A stretch of DNA of 64,000 nt from Octopus bimaculoides (Eukaryota). Below, in pieces: positions 52,240-64,000 of the stretch (its first letter is position 1; the number at the start of each line of letters is the position of its first letter). A program made the translations under genes and the position numbers. Under the pieces are notes generated by a model. The model searched no databases and was not told the DNA's origin. It saw nothing but the letters and a program-made list of their open reading frames with translations. Where the stretch lies: the NCBI RefSeq assembly GCF_001194135.2, contig NC_068992.1, forward strand, positions 57,020,819 to 57,084,818, written 5' to 3'.

Positions 52240-52530
52240 GACAACGGCGATAGAATGCTGTCCAAAGACAAGGCTTGACAGAGAGGAAGTGAGTCTAAGT
52301 AAAAGGCAACAATGGCTCAAATAGCTTTGGACGAAAAACCGAAACGGAAGGACTGATGCTCGCTGCACAAGACCAATGCCTGACTACAGGCCCCAACACC
52401 AAATGTAGAATGTGAAACCAGCAGAATGAGACAGTTGACCACAACATCTCTAGCTGCCGAGTCCTTGCCAAGTCTGGATATATATACAGACACGACAGAG
52501 TAAGCAGTTATATCCACTGGACACTCAGTT
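52240..52530 (+). mobile_element. R4/Dong-like LINE remnant (CCHC zinc-knuckle region)
   Basis: KTETEGLMLAAQDQCLTT...KCRM*NQQNETVDHNISSCRVLAKSGYIYRHDRVSSYIHWTL (ETEG....AQDQ; CR.C...ET..H..SGC; Y..RHD.V...IHW). Confidence 0.82.
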
Positions 52531-52751
52531 TTAAACAAATTTGGTTAACTAAATCTAATAATCAGATACCAGAAAATGTAAGTAGAACACTCATCGGAGT
52601 TAATTCCTCATGTATGATAAGAAGATGCAAATATCATTTAGAAGTAATTTGAGAAGAAAATATTTATGAGTATGTCTAGATATGCAACTATATACATGAG
52701 AATACATACATAAAACATGCAAATCTGCACATACATACATACATACATACA

Positions 52752-52782
<31 letters not shown>

Positions 52783-52788
52783 GTTGGT

Positions 52789-53020
52789 GGGTGCTGAAAA
52801 TTCCTTGGCTTTGCGTGGTGCTGAAAAGTTACTGGCTTTGGCGGGTACTGAAGAGTTCTTGACTAGGGATAAAACAAAAAACACAGGAGTCCCCTCTCAG
52901 ATTTACATACATATTGCGGCAGTCATTCGATTTTTTTAAGCCATGTAAAACAAAACGGAATTTTTGGCTTCTAGCCAGGCCTTTCCCGATACCCTTACAG
53001 CCAGGAACTTTCAGTACTCC
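52789..53020. mobile_element. Mariner-type MITE with triplicated left TIR
   Basis: Left GGGTGCTGAAAA-TTCC-TGGCT-like units at 52789, 52816 and 52843 (27-bp period). The right end 52999-53020 is the reverse complement (agccaggaactttcagtactcc). Confidence 0.65.
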
Positions 53021-53448
53021 TTTTTATATATTGGCTTGTGAAATTAAGATAATTGCTGCACATACAGTAACTTGATGTAATCACTAGGCTAAAACAGTTC
53101 AAACTTCGGGCGCGGCGTCCCCGTATTACAAGAGTTTATCTGACTGTCGTATGAAATATCTACTGGACCAGGCCTTTGATTTGACATGCTCACGTGGCTA
53201 TCAAGCATTAGGGAACTTCCCCAAAATTTCGTTTATTGCACCGTGTGACCACCATTAAGTCAATCAATCTGAACATTAACTGATAGCAATCACAACGTCA
53301 TTATCTGTATAAAAACGAACGAATTCGGAGACAACTTCCAGAAACGATGCAGTTTATTAAACATCTCCACAAACATATAAACTGTTAAGAGTTGATATTA
53401 GACCTTGATGTAAATATGTACGTATGTATGTATGTACGTCTACATAAG

Positions 53449-53516
<68 letters not shown>

Positions 53517-53691
53517 GTCGGAGCCTCCGTTAGATTCCATTATGGAAATTTCAATACAAAGATATCGGTCATTTTCGTGACCTTATATTAGAAGTCACGT
53601 GAGTAGAGTCTCACATACTACAATCTAATTTGGATCCAGGAGGCTATGCAGCAAATTTCTAAACTTCAGTGGTTAGCTTTTACACGTATAA

Positions 53692-53908
53692 CTCTTCTCT
53701 TTTACTTGCTCCAGTCATTTGATAGCGGCCTTGCTGGAGCACTACCTTGAAGACGCTTTAGTCGAACATGTCCACCACAGTACTCATTTTTTTAAAGTCT
53801 GGTTCTTACTCTATCGGCCTCTTTCTCTGAACCGCTAATCTCGAGTACGTAAATAAACGAATACCAGTTGTCAAGTGGTCTTGGGTGTACAAAGACAGAG
53901 CCACGTTG

Positions 53909-53940
<32 letters not shown>

Positions 53941-53967
53941 ATATATATGTGTATATATATGTGTATA

Positions 53968-54060
<93 letters not shown>

Positions 54061-54228
54061 GACGCACTTCTTCACCCTTTCCGTCTACCAAATTCACTCA
54101 CAAGTCGTTGGCCAGCCCAAGGCTGTAGGAGATGTTTGCCCAAGGAGCCGCAAAAGAAGTCTGAACCCTAAGTCACATCTTTGCAAAGCTACCCTCTTAA
54201 CCAACCATAAAGCCATGCCAGCGCCTAC
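53692..54228 (-). mobile_element. SINE family A with expanded internal (TA)n
   Basis: Both family A halves in reverse orientation, separated by about 150 bp of (TA/TG)n at 53909-54058. Confidence 0.85.
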
Positions 54229-55619
54229 GTAACAATGTAAAGTGTTAAAGCTATTATGATCCAACTTCGAAGTTATACGTTCGGAAACACACTGTTAACT
54301 GTAAATTTCCTTTATATTTTTTAGTTAACAGAATGTATTAGCTACTTTGTAAATTGCCTGACACATCGAAGTGCAAGAAACTGTGTTAATTAAATTCTTC
54401 AGTGATATGATCTTTATCTTGTTATTCTTTTACTGATATATTCTTAATGAGCTGTTAGAAATTCAAATAGATAAGATCACATCAATACGCTGTTAGTGAA
54501 ATGTAATCGTCGAAACATTATAGCGTCACGTCGGCCATTTTCGATCATCTCTTTAGTTATTCCGTTTCGTTAAAGAGGAAAACATTACCTGAGATATATC
54601 TCCTTTTATATACATTGTTTGTATCGCTGTTCGTTTCAACACTTATGATGTTTTGTATTGTAGTTTCATTGTCTTCCTTAATGCTTGAATGATTTAACAG
54701 TTGTTCAATGTTAAATACAGCAAATATTATGAATATGTGTGTGCGAGTGAGAAAGAGAGAGAGAGACAGAAAAAAAAAGTAGCGTAGTGGTTTGGGTGTT
54801 GTACTTGCAATTGCGTCGTGTTCATGAGCCAGACACTTAATTTCAGGATGCTCTAATATCACTTTGAAATCTCACGTGTGGTACACTGCACACCACTACA
54901 GTCCATGTTGATTTCATGCAGGGGTAAGATAATTCGTGACACAAACATTTGATCACGATAAACAAATCACATGTGCACGTTGTCCAGTTAGAAATTGCAG
55001 AGAGCTCATCTGTTGTCCATAGCAGAAGAGTCCAAAGTATATACATACATGTGTATATGTGTATGTATGTATGTATGTATGTATGTATGTATGTATGTAT
55101 GTATGTATGTATGCATGTATGCATGTATGTATGCATGGATGGATGGATGGATGAATGGCTGGCTGGCTGGCTGGCTGGATGGATGGATGGATGGATGTGT
55201 GTGCGTACATATATGTGTGTATGTGTATGTATGCATACATAGTTTAAATAAGTATAAGGGAAAAACAGTTTCATTTTATGTATTATATACATGAAAATAA
55301 AAGTACAAAAATACGTTTCCATGTAACAAATGGATGTGTATCATGATCTACGGAAAATATGTCACACACACACACACTCACACACACACAAATATATATA
55401 TGAAAGGATAGTGGACATGTTCCAACAACACAAGAAAAAGCATTGCTGGACTGACTTCAGCTCGAACTTAAAACCTGGCTAATGCGATGTGAACGTCTTA
55501 ACTGCACTAACTTATGGTGGTGATCTTACCAGCTTCGAGGAAGCAAAAGGAAACAAATTACAGAGAAGTAAAATGTTCCATCAAAATTATATAATACGAT
55601 AAAAAAAGATAGATAGAAC

Positions 55620-55680
<61 letters not shown>

Positions 55681-56104
55681 ACATGGCGCGGAGCACTTTA
55701 AATATTTACAGTAACGGAAAATGCCTAAGGCTTTATAAATTTCCATAAATAGATTATAGGAAATTCAATAGCCGCTTTTTATGTGTAATTGCAAATCATT
55801 GAATATATTTTATATAAATATGTTGTACATATTTCCCTACAATACACGTTGTAGCTCTAAACATATGAACGCACGTGGTAACCTTTAAGAATATTCTATT
55901 TCGAGGAACTCTTACCCAAAACGTATGTGTGTTGGGGGTGGTGGACGCTGTATATATATGTGTGTGTGTGTATGTGTGTGTGTGTATGTGTGTGTGTGCG
56001 TGTGTGTGTGTGTGTGTGCGTGTGTTTTTCTGTATGTGTTTGTATGTGTGTGTATGTATATATATATATTTATGTATATATAGATATGTGTGTGTGTGTG
56101 AATA

Positions 56105-56155
<51 letters not shown>

Positions 56156-56203
56156 NNNNNNNNNNNNNNNNNNNNNNNNNNNNNNNNNNNNNNNNNNNNN
56201 NNN

Positions 56204-56265
<62 letters not shown>

Positions 56266-56655
56266 CATATATTGGATATATTTACATATCATATTGGATA
56301 TGTGTGTGCTTCTGTGTGTATACGTATATGCGTATATGTAGACAATTCAACGCAGCTGCATACAGTAATATAATTCACATAGTCTTGTTATATACGCTGT
56401 GCACGTATTGTGCATCTATTAAATGCAATATAAAAAATGTAAACAAGCAAACAGCCAAATGCGTTTGTTTACAACATATTTCCAGAAGGAATAAGAAGTT
56501 TAGACTATACCACAAATACACCCACGCCAACACACACATAGACACATAGACACAAAGACACACACACCCTTACTCATACATACATACACACACATATACC
56601 TATATATTTATGTATATAAATTTTATATATACACACACGCACACACACACACACA

Positions 56656-56699
<44 letters not shown>

Positions 56700-57811
56700 N
56701 NNNNNNNNNNNNNNNNNNNNNNNNNNNNNNNNNNNNNNNNNNNNNNNNNNNNNNNNNNNNNNNNNNNNNNNNNNNNNNNNNNNNNNNNNNNNNNNNNNNN
56801 NNNNNNNNNNNNNNNNNNNNNNNNNNNNNNNNNNNNNNNNNNNNNNNNNNNNNNNNNNNNNNNNNNNNNNNNNNNNNNNNNNNNNNNNNNNNNNNNNNNN
56901 NNNNNNNNNNNNNNNNNNNNNNNNNNNNNNNNNNNNNNNNNNNNNNNNNNNNNNNNNNNNNNNNNNNNNNNNNNNNNNNNNNNNNNNNNNNNNNNNNNNN
57001 NNNNNNNNNNNNNNNNNNNNNNNNNNNNNNNNNNNNNNNNNNNNNNNNNNNNNNNNNNNNNNNNNNNNNNNNNNNNNNNNNNNNNNNNNNNNNNNNNNNN
57101 NNNNNNNNNNNNNNNNNNNNNNNNNNNNNNNNNNNNNNNNNNNNNNNNNNNNNNNNNNNNNNNNNNNNNNNNNNNNNNNNNNNNNNNNNNNNNNNNNNNN
57201 NNNNNNNNNNNNNNNNNNNNNNNNNNNNNNNNNNNNNNNNNNNNNNNNNNNNNNNNNNNNNNNNNNNNNNNNNNNNNNNNNNNNNNNNNNNNNNNNNNNN
57301 NNNNNNNNNNNNNNNNNNNNNNNNNNNNNNNNNNNNNNNNNNNNNNNNNNNNNNNNNNNNNNNNNNNNNNNNNNNNCACACACACACACACACACATATA
57401 TATATACGTTTTTATGCATGTATGTATACATTACTATGCACTCATGCACATATAAACAATATGTGGTCCCAGTGACTAACTCCAAAGGATTTGCAGTTAG
57501 TCCATCTGCAAGAGCCTGTAACATGTTCGACATCAAAGGGACAGTTACTGAATGCCATACATTTGGTTATAGAGGCAGCAGAGGTTACCTGAATATGATT
57601 TTATATCTGGTGGAAGTGGGAGCTTTTGATAGGATAGGGGTATTTAAGATAGCGTTAACTGGATAGAAGTGGGCCTTGAGCAACCCTGCCTGGGCCACAT
57701 GGTTAAGAATATTAGACAATGGGAGCGACAGACTTCAATGTTTCGTTATAGTTTTCACTTTTCAGTGACGCGTACTGAACAAGGCCTGCTGCAAACCATA
57801 TTTGGGTATAT

Positions 57812-58360
57812 AACTATATGCTACATGGTTTAAAAACCATCTGCTAACATGTGTCAACGTCTTATGGACTACATGCTACATGGTTTAAAAACCATCTGAT
57901 CGCATGTGCCAACGTCTTATGCTACGGGAAAAAAATGGGTATATATTCTCTTATGCCTAAAACGCGTCCGGCCCACGAACTAACAATACACACACGTTGT
58001 GCATGTGTGTTCGATTTTGTCTATATACGTTGAGCTGCTCCTAATTCACATTTGAATTTATTCCGTGGCATGAAGCGTTGGGGCATGCCAGCAGATGGTT
58101 TTAAACCATTTAGCATGTAGTCATAGTCGGCTTGCAGCAGACCTTGTATCGTACGCATCATTGAAGAGCCACCACAATGACAAAACGTCGAAGTCTGTCG
58201 CTCCGAAAAGGGACCTGGTGTGAGTTGTCTCCCTCGCCCATGACTTACATTCAGGTGTTTTTTTTAACGCCAGGCGCATTGAGAATATATTCTCTTGCAC
58301 ATAAAACGCAGCCAACGCACAAACTGATAACACACACCTTGTGTATGTGTGTTCGGTTGT
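57812..58360. repeat. Nested tandem, inverted and direct repeat module of unknown origin
   Basis: 55-bp unit at 57812-57866 and 57867-57921, inverted copy at 58069-58122, and a diverged direct repeat at 57941-58020 and 58285-58360. Confidence 0.85.
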
Positions 58361-58674
58361 GTTTGTGTGTGTGTCTATTAACCACATGTGGATCGTTAGT
58401 GATTTTCGTGCCTCCGTCTTCGTTTTCTCTTGGACATTCCTCCACCTCCTGCTTCTGACAACCTTTCTTTCCTTCCCTGGGCGTCTGCTAATACTTTACA
58501 TGTTCCACGTACTCGCGTTGTTGTTGTTTTTGTGTTTGTCCTACGCTTTTTAGGAGCATTTACTATATATATATATATATATATATGTGAGTGTGTGTGA
58601 ATGTGTGTGTGTGTGTGTGTAAGTATGCATGTATATATGCATTATAAGTATGCATGCATGTATATAATGTGCAT

Positions 58675-58711
<37 letters not shown>

Positions 58712-59136
58712 ATCCGGTGTTTGACGATCAGGGAGCATTCAGCTGTTCTTGCACCTTCCTGCCCAGCTCCGTGTAAGCATTTCAGACACAAAAGCCTCAC
58801 GTAGATCAGGCTTAATCAGCGTGACACATTGTATGACAAGACGATACCTTCTGAATCACAGCTCCAGTCTATCTATATAGGATTCAATATATGTTTTACC
58901 TCTTCCCAATTTCTATTCACATCTATCTATCTATCTATCTATCTATTACCAGCGTATTGGGAAACGGAAGGTTATAGTATAAGAATTTTGCACCAAATGA
59001 GACGTAATAGAATCGAACACTGAATCACGTGGTTGCGAGAATAAACCCAACCCTACTAAAACGTAATACCCGGAAGTTCATGTTCCTTTCTCCAATTTAA
59101 GATGAGCTCTTTATAATACATTGTAACCGACCCCTA

Positions 59137-59352
59137 AGGCGACGAGCTGGGAGAAACGTTAACACGCCGGGCGAAATGTTTAGCGGTATTTCGTCTGTGT
59201 TTACGTTCGGAGATCAAACAGCGCCGAGGTCAACGTTGCCTTTTATCCTTTCGGGGTCGATAAATTAAGTACCAGTTCTGTACTGGGGTAGATCTGATAG
59301 ACTGGCCCCCTTCCCCAAAATTTCGGGCCTTGTGCCTAGAGTAGAAACGATT
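59137..59352 (+). mobile_element. SINE family B, full length
   Basis: aaggcgacgagctgggagaaacgttaacacgccgggcgaaatg...ttcggggtcgataaattaagtaccag...gggccttgtgcctagagtagaaa. Confidence 0.92.
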
Positions 59353-59490
59353 ATAACCAACCCCTAGCTGTTCGGGGTACCGTGTGAACACGCTATCTTG
59401 AGAGTTTAATGCACTTAAGAGCCGAAGCTTTAGCGGAAGAATTGTCACGCGCTGAGCGGATCCAGTCATACGTGTGTGCATATGTGTATG

Positions 59491-59564
<74 letters not shown>

Positions 59565-60220
59565 TGTGTGTGTGTGTGTGTGCGGGTGTGTGTGTAAGTC
59601 AGTGTGTGTGTGCGTGTGTGTGTGTGTGTATGCATTGTGTATGTATATGTGTACACATACATGCTTACAATTATTCCTGAATGAATTTGTATATGTATGT
59701 GTGTGTGTATGTGAGTGCGTGCGCGCACGTGTGCAACGACATCTTATCAATTTTTTCATGATTCCACTAACAAAGTTGAAGGATTTGGTTTCCAAAACCA
59801 AATATAGAATCAAATAAAATTTCATTAAGCTCCATCCTTGAATCTTTCACCTTCCTTAAATTCTTTATTTTCAATTAACAGAAATCAATATTGAAAATAA
59901 GTTTTTACCAAAATACCTTTGATGTAATTCGTTCTTTTGTGCATGAGTACCAGTGTGTGTGTGTGTGTGTGTGCATGTGTTTGTCTATGTGTGAGTGGCA
60001 TCTTTTTCTTTCATTCTATATTCATCTTTATATTTATATCCAAGATAATTCCACCATATACGTATCTGATTTCTGTTCTCATTCACTGTTTGCTATTTTC
60101 TTTTGCTTCCCCTTCGTCCCCGCCACCCTACACCCTTCCACACTCTCACTATCACTCGGTCCCTTGCTGTCCACGTATGTTTGTTGCTCACCTCCATTAT
60201 CTTCATCTCTCTCATAAACA

Positions 60221-60277
<57 letters not shown>

Positions 60278-60294
60278 CATCTATCTATCTATCT

Positions 60295-60336
<42 letters not shown>

Positions 60337-60337
60337 T

Positions 60338-61179
60338 CTAGTTGATGTACCCGCTAATTCGCGGGAAAGCGGGTGCTATCCCTTGGTTCCGTTCTCATAA
60401 TTGTTTCCCTAATCCAATAACAACAATACAAAGTATGTAGCCCTTAAAACGGTTTTTGTGCATTTACAGAGAATACCGAACTGTCTTACACAGGTTTTTG
60501 TTTTTAGGAATTCCCAGTAAGTTATGAATACTTAAATTGTGAAGTCAGTTATGTAATAACATGAAATTAGTTACCCGATAATAAGAATTCAAATAATGTA
60601 GCCCCGAAAAGGGCTTTAATGCGTTTCCAGAGTATATAAAACATAGGAGGAAATACTAATAAGGTATGTATACTAAAATCGTGTATAACGGGCTAATCAG
60701 ATATGAGATAATAACAATTCAAAGTAAATAGCTCTGAAAAGGGTTTTTGTGCGTTTCCAGAGAATATTACCCTCGGGGGCGCTAGTATTGGTATATTCGT
60801 GAATAAGTCACTAACCTAAATAAGTGGAACTTTTGTTTAGGAAAATACTATTTACTTATTTAAGGGTTGTACTGGATAAATTGCGAAAAGAGCTCAAATA
60901 CTAAGAAATAAGCATACCCGATTTCATTCTTACCAAAAAATTTAGGATGAAAGGGATAATTCCTTTGATTTTCAATATGTAATATATTAGATATATATAT
61001 AAGGATCCCTTCCAGGGGCCCTATTATCGATTTTTTCCAACAATCTGAGTATGCCATGAGGTTTCCAGACATGAGTTCTACTCACCTGTAAAGTTTCATC
61101 AGAATCGATAAAACGTTGTCGGAGGAGTTAGCTAACAACTCCACAAACACACCCACAAACAGAATTTCTTACATATGTA

Positions 61180-61180
<1 letters not shown>
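60338..61180 (-). mobile_element. Non-autonomous Helitron-type element (Lep1/HINE-like architecture)
   Basis: Minus-strand 3' end has a GC hairpin (acccgct/agcgggt, 60349-60374) 7 nt before CTAG (60338-60341). The opposite end, aaagtttcatcagaatcgataaaacg...acaaacacacccacaaac, resembles the terminal block of insect non-autonomous Helitrons. Both ends lie in (TA)n. Confidence 0.65.
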
Positions 61181-61241
<61 letters not shown>

Positions 61242-62071
61242 ATATATTTATATATATACATATATATATATACATATACATACATACATGCATACATACA
61301 TACATACACACACAATAATCGTTACAAATCCAAACAAGCAGTAATACAGAACAAATAAAAGAAGCTGTAAATGCACAGAGTGAGTTATTTAAATTCTGAA
61401 ATGTGTGTGTGTGAACATATATATATATATACACCGGAGTAAGCACATAAAACGTGCAACACGGTGGAAAAATGAGTACTCAAATGCCAGAGGTAGAGTC
61501 ATAAAGAGAAAGAGGAGAGGTTGTTTGTGTATGTGCGTTAAGAGATGAGATCCAGAGATGTTCAGTACAGAAAGCACTTCTAACGCTGAAATGTTTTAAA
61601 CTTACACTCCAAAACCCTTACCGAGGACTAAGTCCGCAGGGTAAAGAATTGTTATAAGAGGAATCCAAGTAGGATGATATGAAGATAACGATGGAAATAA
61701 GCGAAAAAACAAGCATTTGCTTGATATTAAAAAAAATATACATACATGTGTACATCAAATAGAGAGAAACAAAGACTGAAAATATAGAGACGAATACATT
61801 CATGTATACATATATAGATGTTTATAGATATTTATATATTAACAGCAGATTTACAAAGAATACGAAGGCTCTGAAAAATAATGAGAAGAGGTAAGATAAT
61901 ACTGGGCCAACGTAATAATGTCGGCATATGTCGGCCAATAATGTGCAACGAGCAGTAGATGCATGTATAAACATTACTCTAAATCCAGTCACCTTCCTAA
62001 GAGTGGAGCGACTGATATAAATATGTGTGTGTGTTTCAGCGTATGTGTGTGTGTTTGTATAGGTAAATACA

Positions 62072-62104
<33 letters not shown>

Positions 62105-62273
62105 TTCATACACATTATAAATGGTTTAAAAGTAACATTTCGTTTTCAACTATTTGTGACTACATTTTGACTAAATAAGATAACAACTGCTCGTAACGCT
62201 ACTGTACACAGCCCTTAATTCGGACCCGTGTTTTTAACTTTCATATTTTTCGTTCTTACTGTTATTTGAAACA

Positions 62274-62500
62274 CTAGCAGAAAGACCGCCCTCCGGGCGG
62301 TGTTCTGCTAGCCACTCGGTAATATTTCCACATTTGATTCCCAATTCTAATATTTTTATGATATTTTACGTCTAATTATTTCTTTGTATAATAGTGCTCA
62401 CTTGCTTAGTAAGTATGGCTTTCATTGTTTTTTCAGTCATAATCTCTCCTTTTGAAAGAGTCAATCTGTTATATTTATCATTAATAATTGGTAGAACTTA
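62274..62500 (-). mobile_element. Helitron 3' terminus
   Basis: 7-bp GC hairpin accgccc-tcc-gggcggt followed on the minus strand by CTAG|T. A weak LLYKEII match to the helicase C-terminus lies upstream. Confidence 0.5.
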
Positions 62501-62627
62501 CATAGGTGTGCACAGACAGACAGATAGATGGATATATAGATAGACCAACGCTGCAATTGCTTTTCTTTCAGCACACGATCTGAGATCAAGTCACTTGCTA
62601 TGCAAGAACATCTCCGTAATATATCTA

Positions 62628-62670
<43 letters not shown>

Positions 62671-63495
62671 ATGTATATATATATATATATGTATATATAN
62701 NNNNNNNNNNNNNNNNNNNNNNNNNNNNNNNNNNNNNNNNNNNNNNNNNNNNNNNNNNNNNNNNNNNNNNNNNNNNNNNNNNNNNNNNNNNNNNNNNNNN
62801 NNNNNNNNNNNNNNNNNNNNNNNNNNNNNNNNNNNNNNNNNNNNNNNNNNNNNNNNNNNNNNNNNNNNNNNNNNNNNNNNNNNNNNNNNNNNNNNNNNNN
62901 NNNNNNNNNNNNNNNNNNNNNNNNNNNNNNNNNNNNNNNNNNNNNNNNNNNNNNNNNNNNNNNNNNNNNNNNNNNNNNNNNNNNNNNNNNNNNNNNNNNN
63001 NNNNNNNNNNNNNNNNNNNNNNNNNNNNNNNNNNNNNNNNNNNNNNNNNNNNNNNNNNNNNNNNNNNNNNNNNNNNNNNNNNNNNNNNNNNNNNNNNNNN
63101 NNNNNNNNNNNNNNNNNNNNNNNNNNNNNNNNNNNNNNNNNNNNNNNNNNNNNNNNNNNNNNNNNNNNNNNNNNNNNNNNNNNNNNNNNNNNNNNNNNNN
63201 NNNNNNNNNNNNNNNNNNNNNNNNNNNNNNNNNNNNNNNNNNNNNNNNNNNNNNNNNNNNNNNNNNNNNNNNNNNNNNNNNNNNNNNNNNNNNNNNNNNN
63301 NNNNNNNNNNNNNNNNNNNNNNNNNNNNNNNNNNNNNNNNNNNNNNNNNNNNNNNNNNNNNNNNNNNNNNNNNNNNNNNNNNNNNNNNNNNNNNNNNNNN
63401 NNNNNNNNNNNNNNNNNNNNNNNNNNNNNNNNNNNNNNNNNNNNNNNNNNNNNNNNNNNNNNNNNNNNNNNNNNNNNNNTATATATATATATTTT

Positions 63496-63541
<46 letters not shown>

Positions 63542-63937
63542 CAAATATATACATACAAATATACACATACACACACACAACTGAAACAAACGAATAGGTG
63601 TGTTTGCATACTAAACAATTATGGAAGTTATTATTTAAAGTTATCGCATGAAACAACCGACATTAATGTCTCTAATACAAACGTAGGGAATTCAGAGTTT
63701 AAAAGCTACGCGAAGACATAAATTGATTTTGTTTTGCTACTTCGCAGAATAGTCGTAGAGAAGCACCATTATTTTATACTTCGTTCGGCTACAATGTTTT
63801 ATATGTATTTACTGAACAAACACTACGAAGGTCGAATTGCCTGCGTTATTTTTGTTTCTATTGAAATCCGGTGTTGAAATATATTTATCATTTGGTATGT
63901 TACAACACACTTTAACCTGCATATACATACATACATC

Positions 63938-63944
<7 letters not shown>

Positions 63945-64000
<56 letters not shown>
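63945..64000. repeat. (TG)n microsatellite
   Basis: Directly visible; similar tracts at 39501-39562, 43533-43638 and 59470-59630. Confidence 0.95.

Noticed and set aside
60416-60766. CRISPR interpretation of the repeat-spacer array
   Set aside because: Eukaryotic context, long diverged repeats, unequal long spacers, no cas genes, and location inside a Helitron-type element.

Overview
This is AT-rich, microsatellite-saturated eukaryotic DNA from a gapped short-read assembly, with 16 N-gaps totalling about 8.2 kb, nearly all abutting simple repeats. Repeat content suggests an octopus genome (inference, not checked). No intact protein-coding gene, RNA gene or CRISPR array can be supported, and almost all long ORFs in the track are N-gap or microsatellite artefacts. 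The recognisable content is decayed mobile DNA. Three tRNA-headed SINE families occur (labelled A, B and C here, about 20 copies or fragments). DNA transposon remnants are one mariner, three DD37D/maT-like, one DD41D-like, one Chapaev3-like, a mariner-type MITE and several Helitron pieces. Non-LTR remnants are RTE-like, R4/Dong-like, HERO-like and Penelope-like. A few weak splice-flanked minus-strand open frames could be host exons; the best encodes a GPI-signal-like C-terminus at 8993-9061. The most interesting structures are: a degenerate tandem of minimal hammerhead ribozyme motifs next to a Penelope remnant (22370-22451); two inverted duplications anchored in (TA)n tracts (around the gaps at 28150-28841 and 41368-41569); a non-autonomous Helitron with regularly spaced hairpin repeats (60338-61180); a doubly palindromic CTAG-ended hairpin (62274-62311); a nested palindrome/inverted/direct repeat module (57812-58360); and a GTCGA-N5-TCGAC hairpin shared by two different SINE families. 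All family assignments come from recalled motifs, not database searches, and element boundaries are approximate unless a junction is stated.
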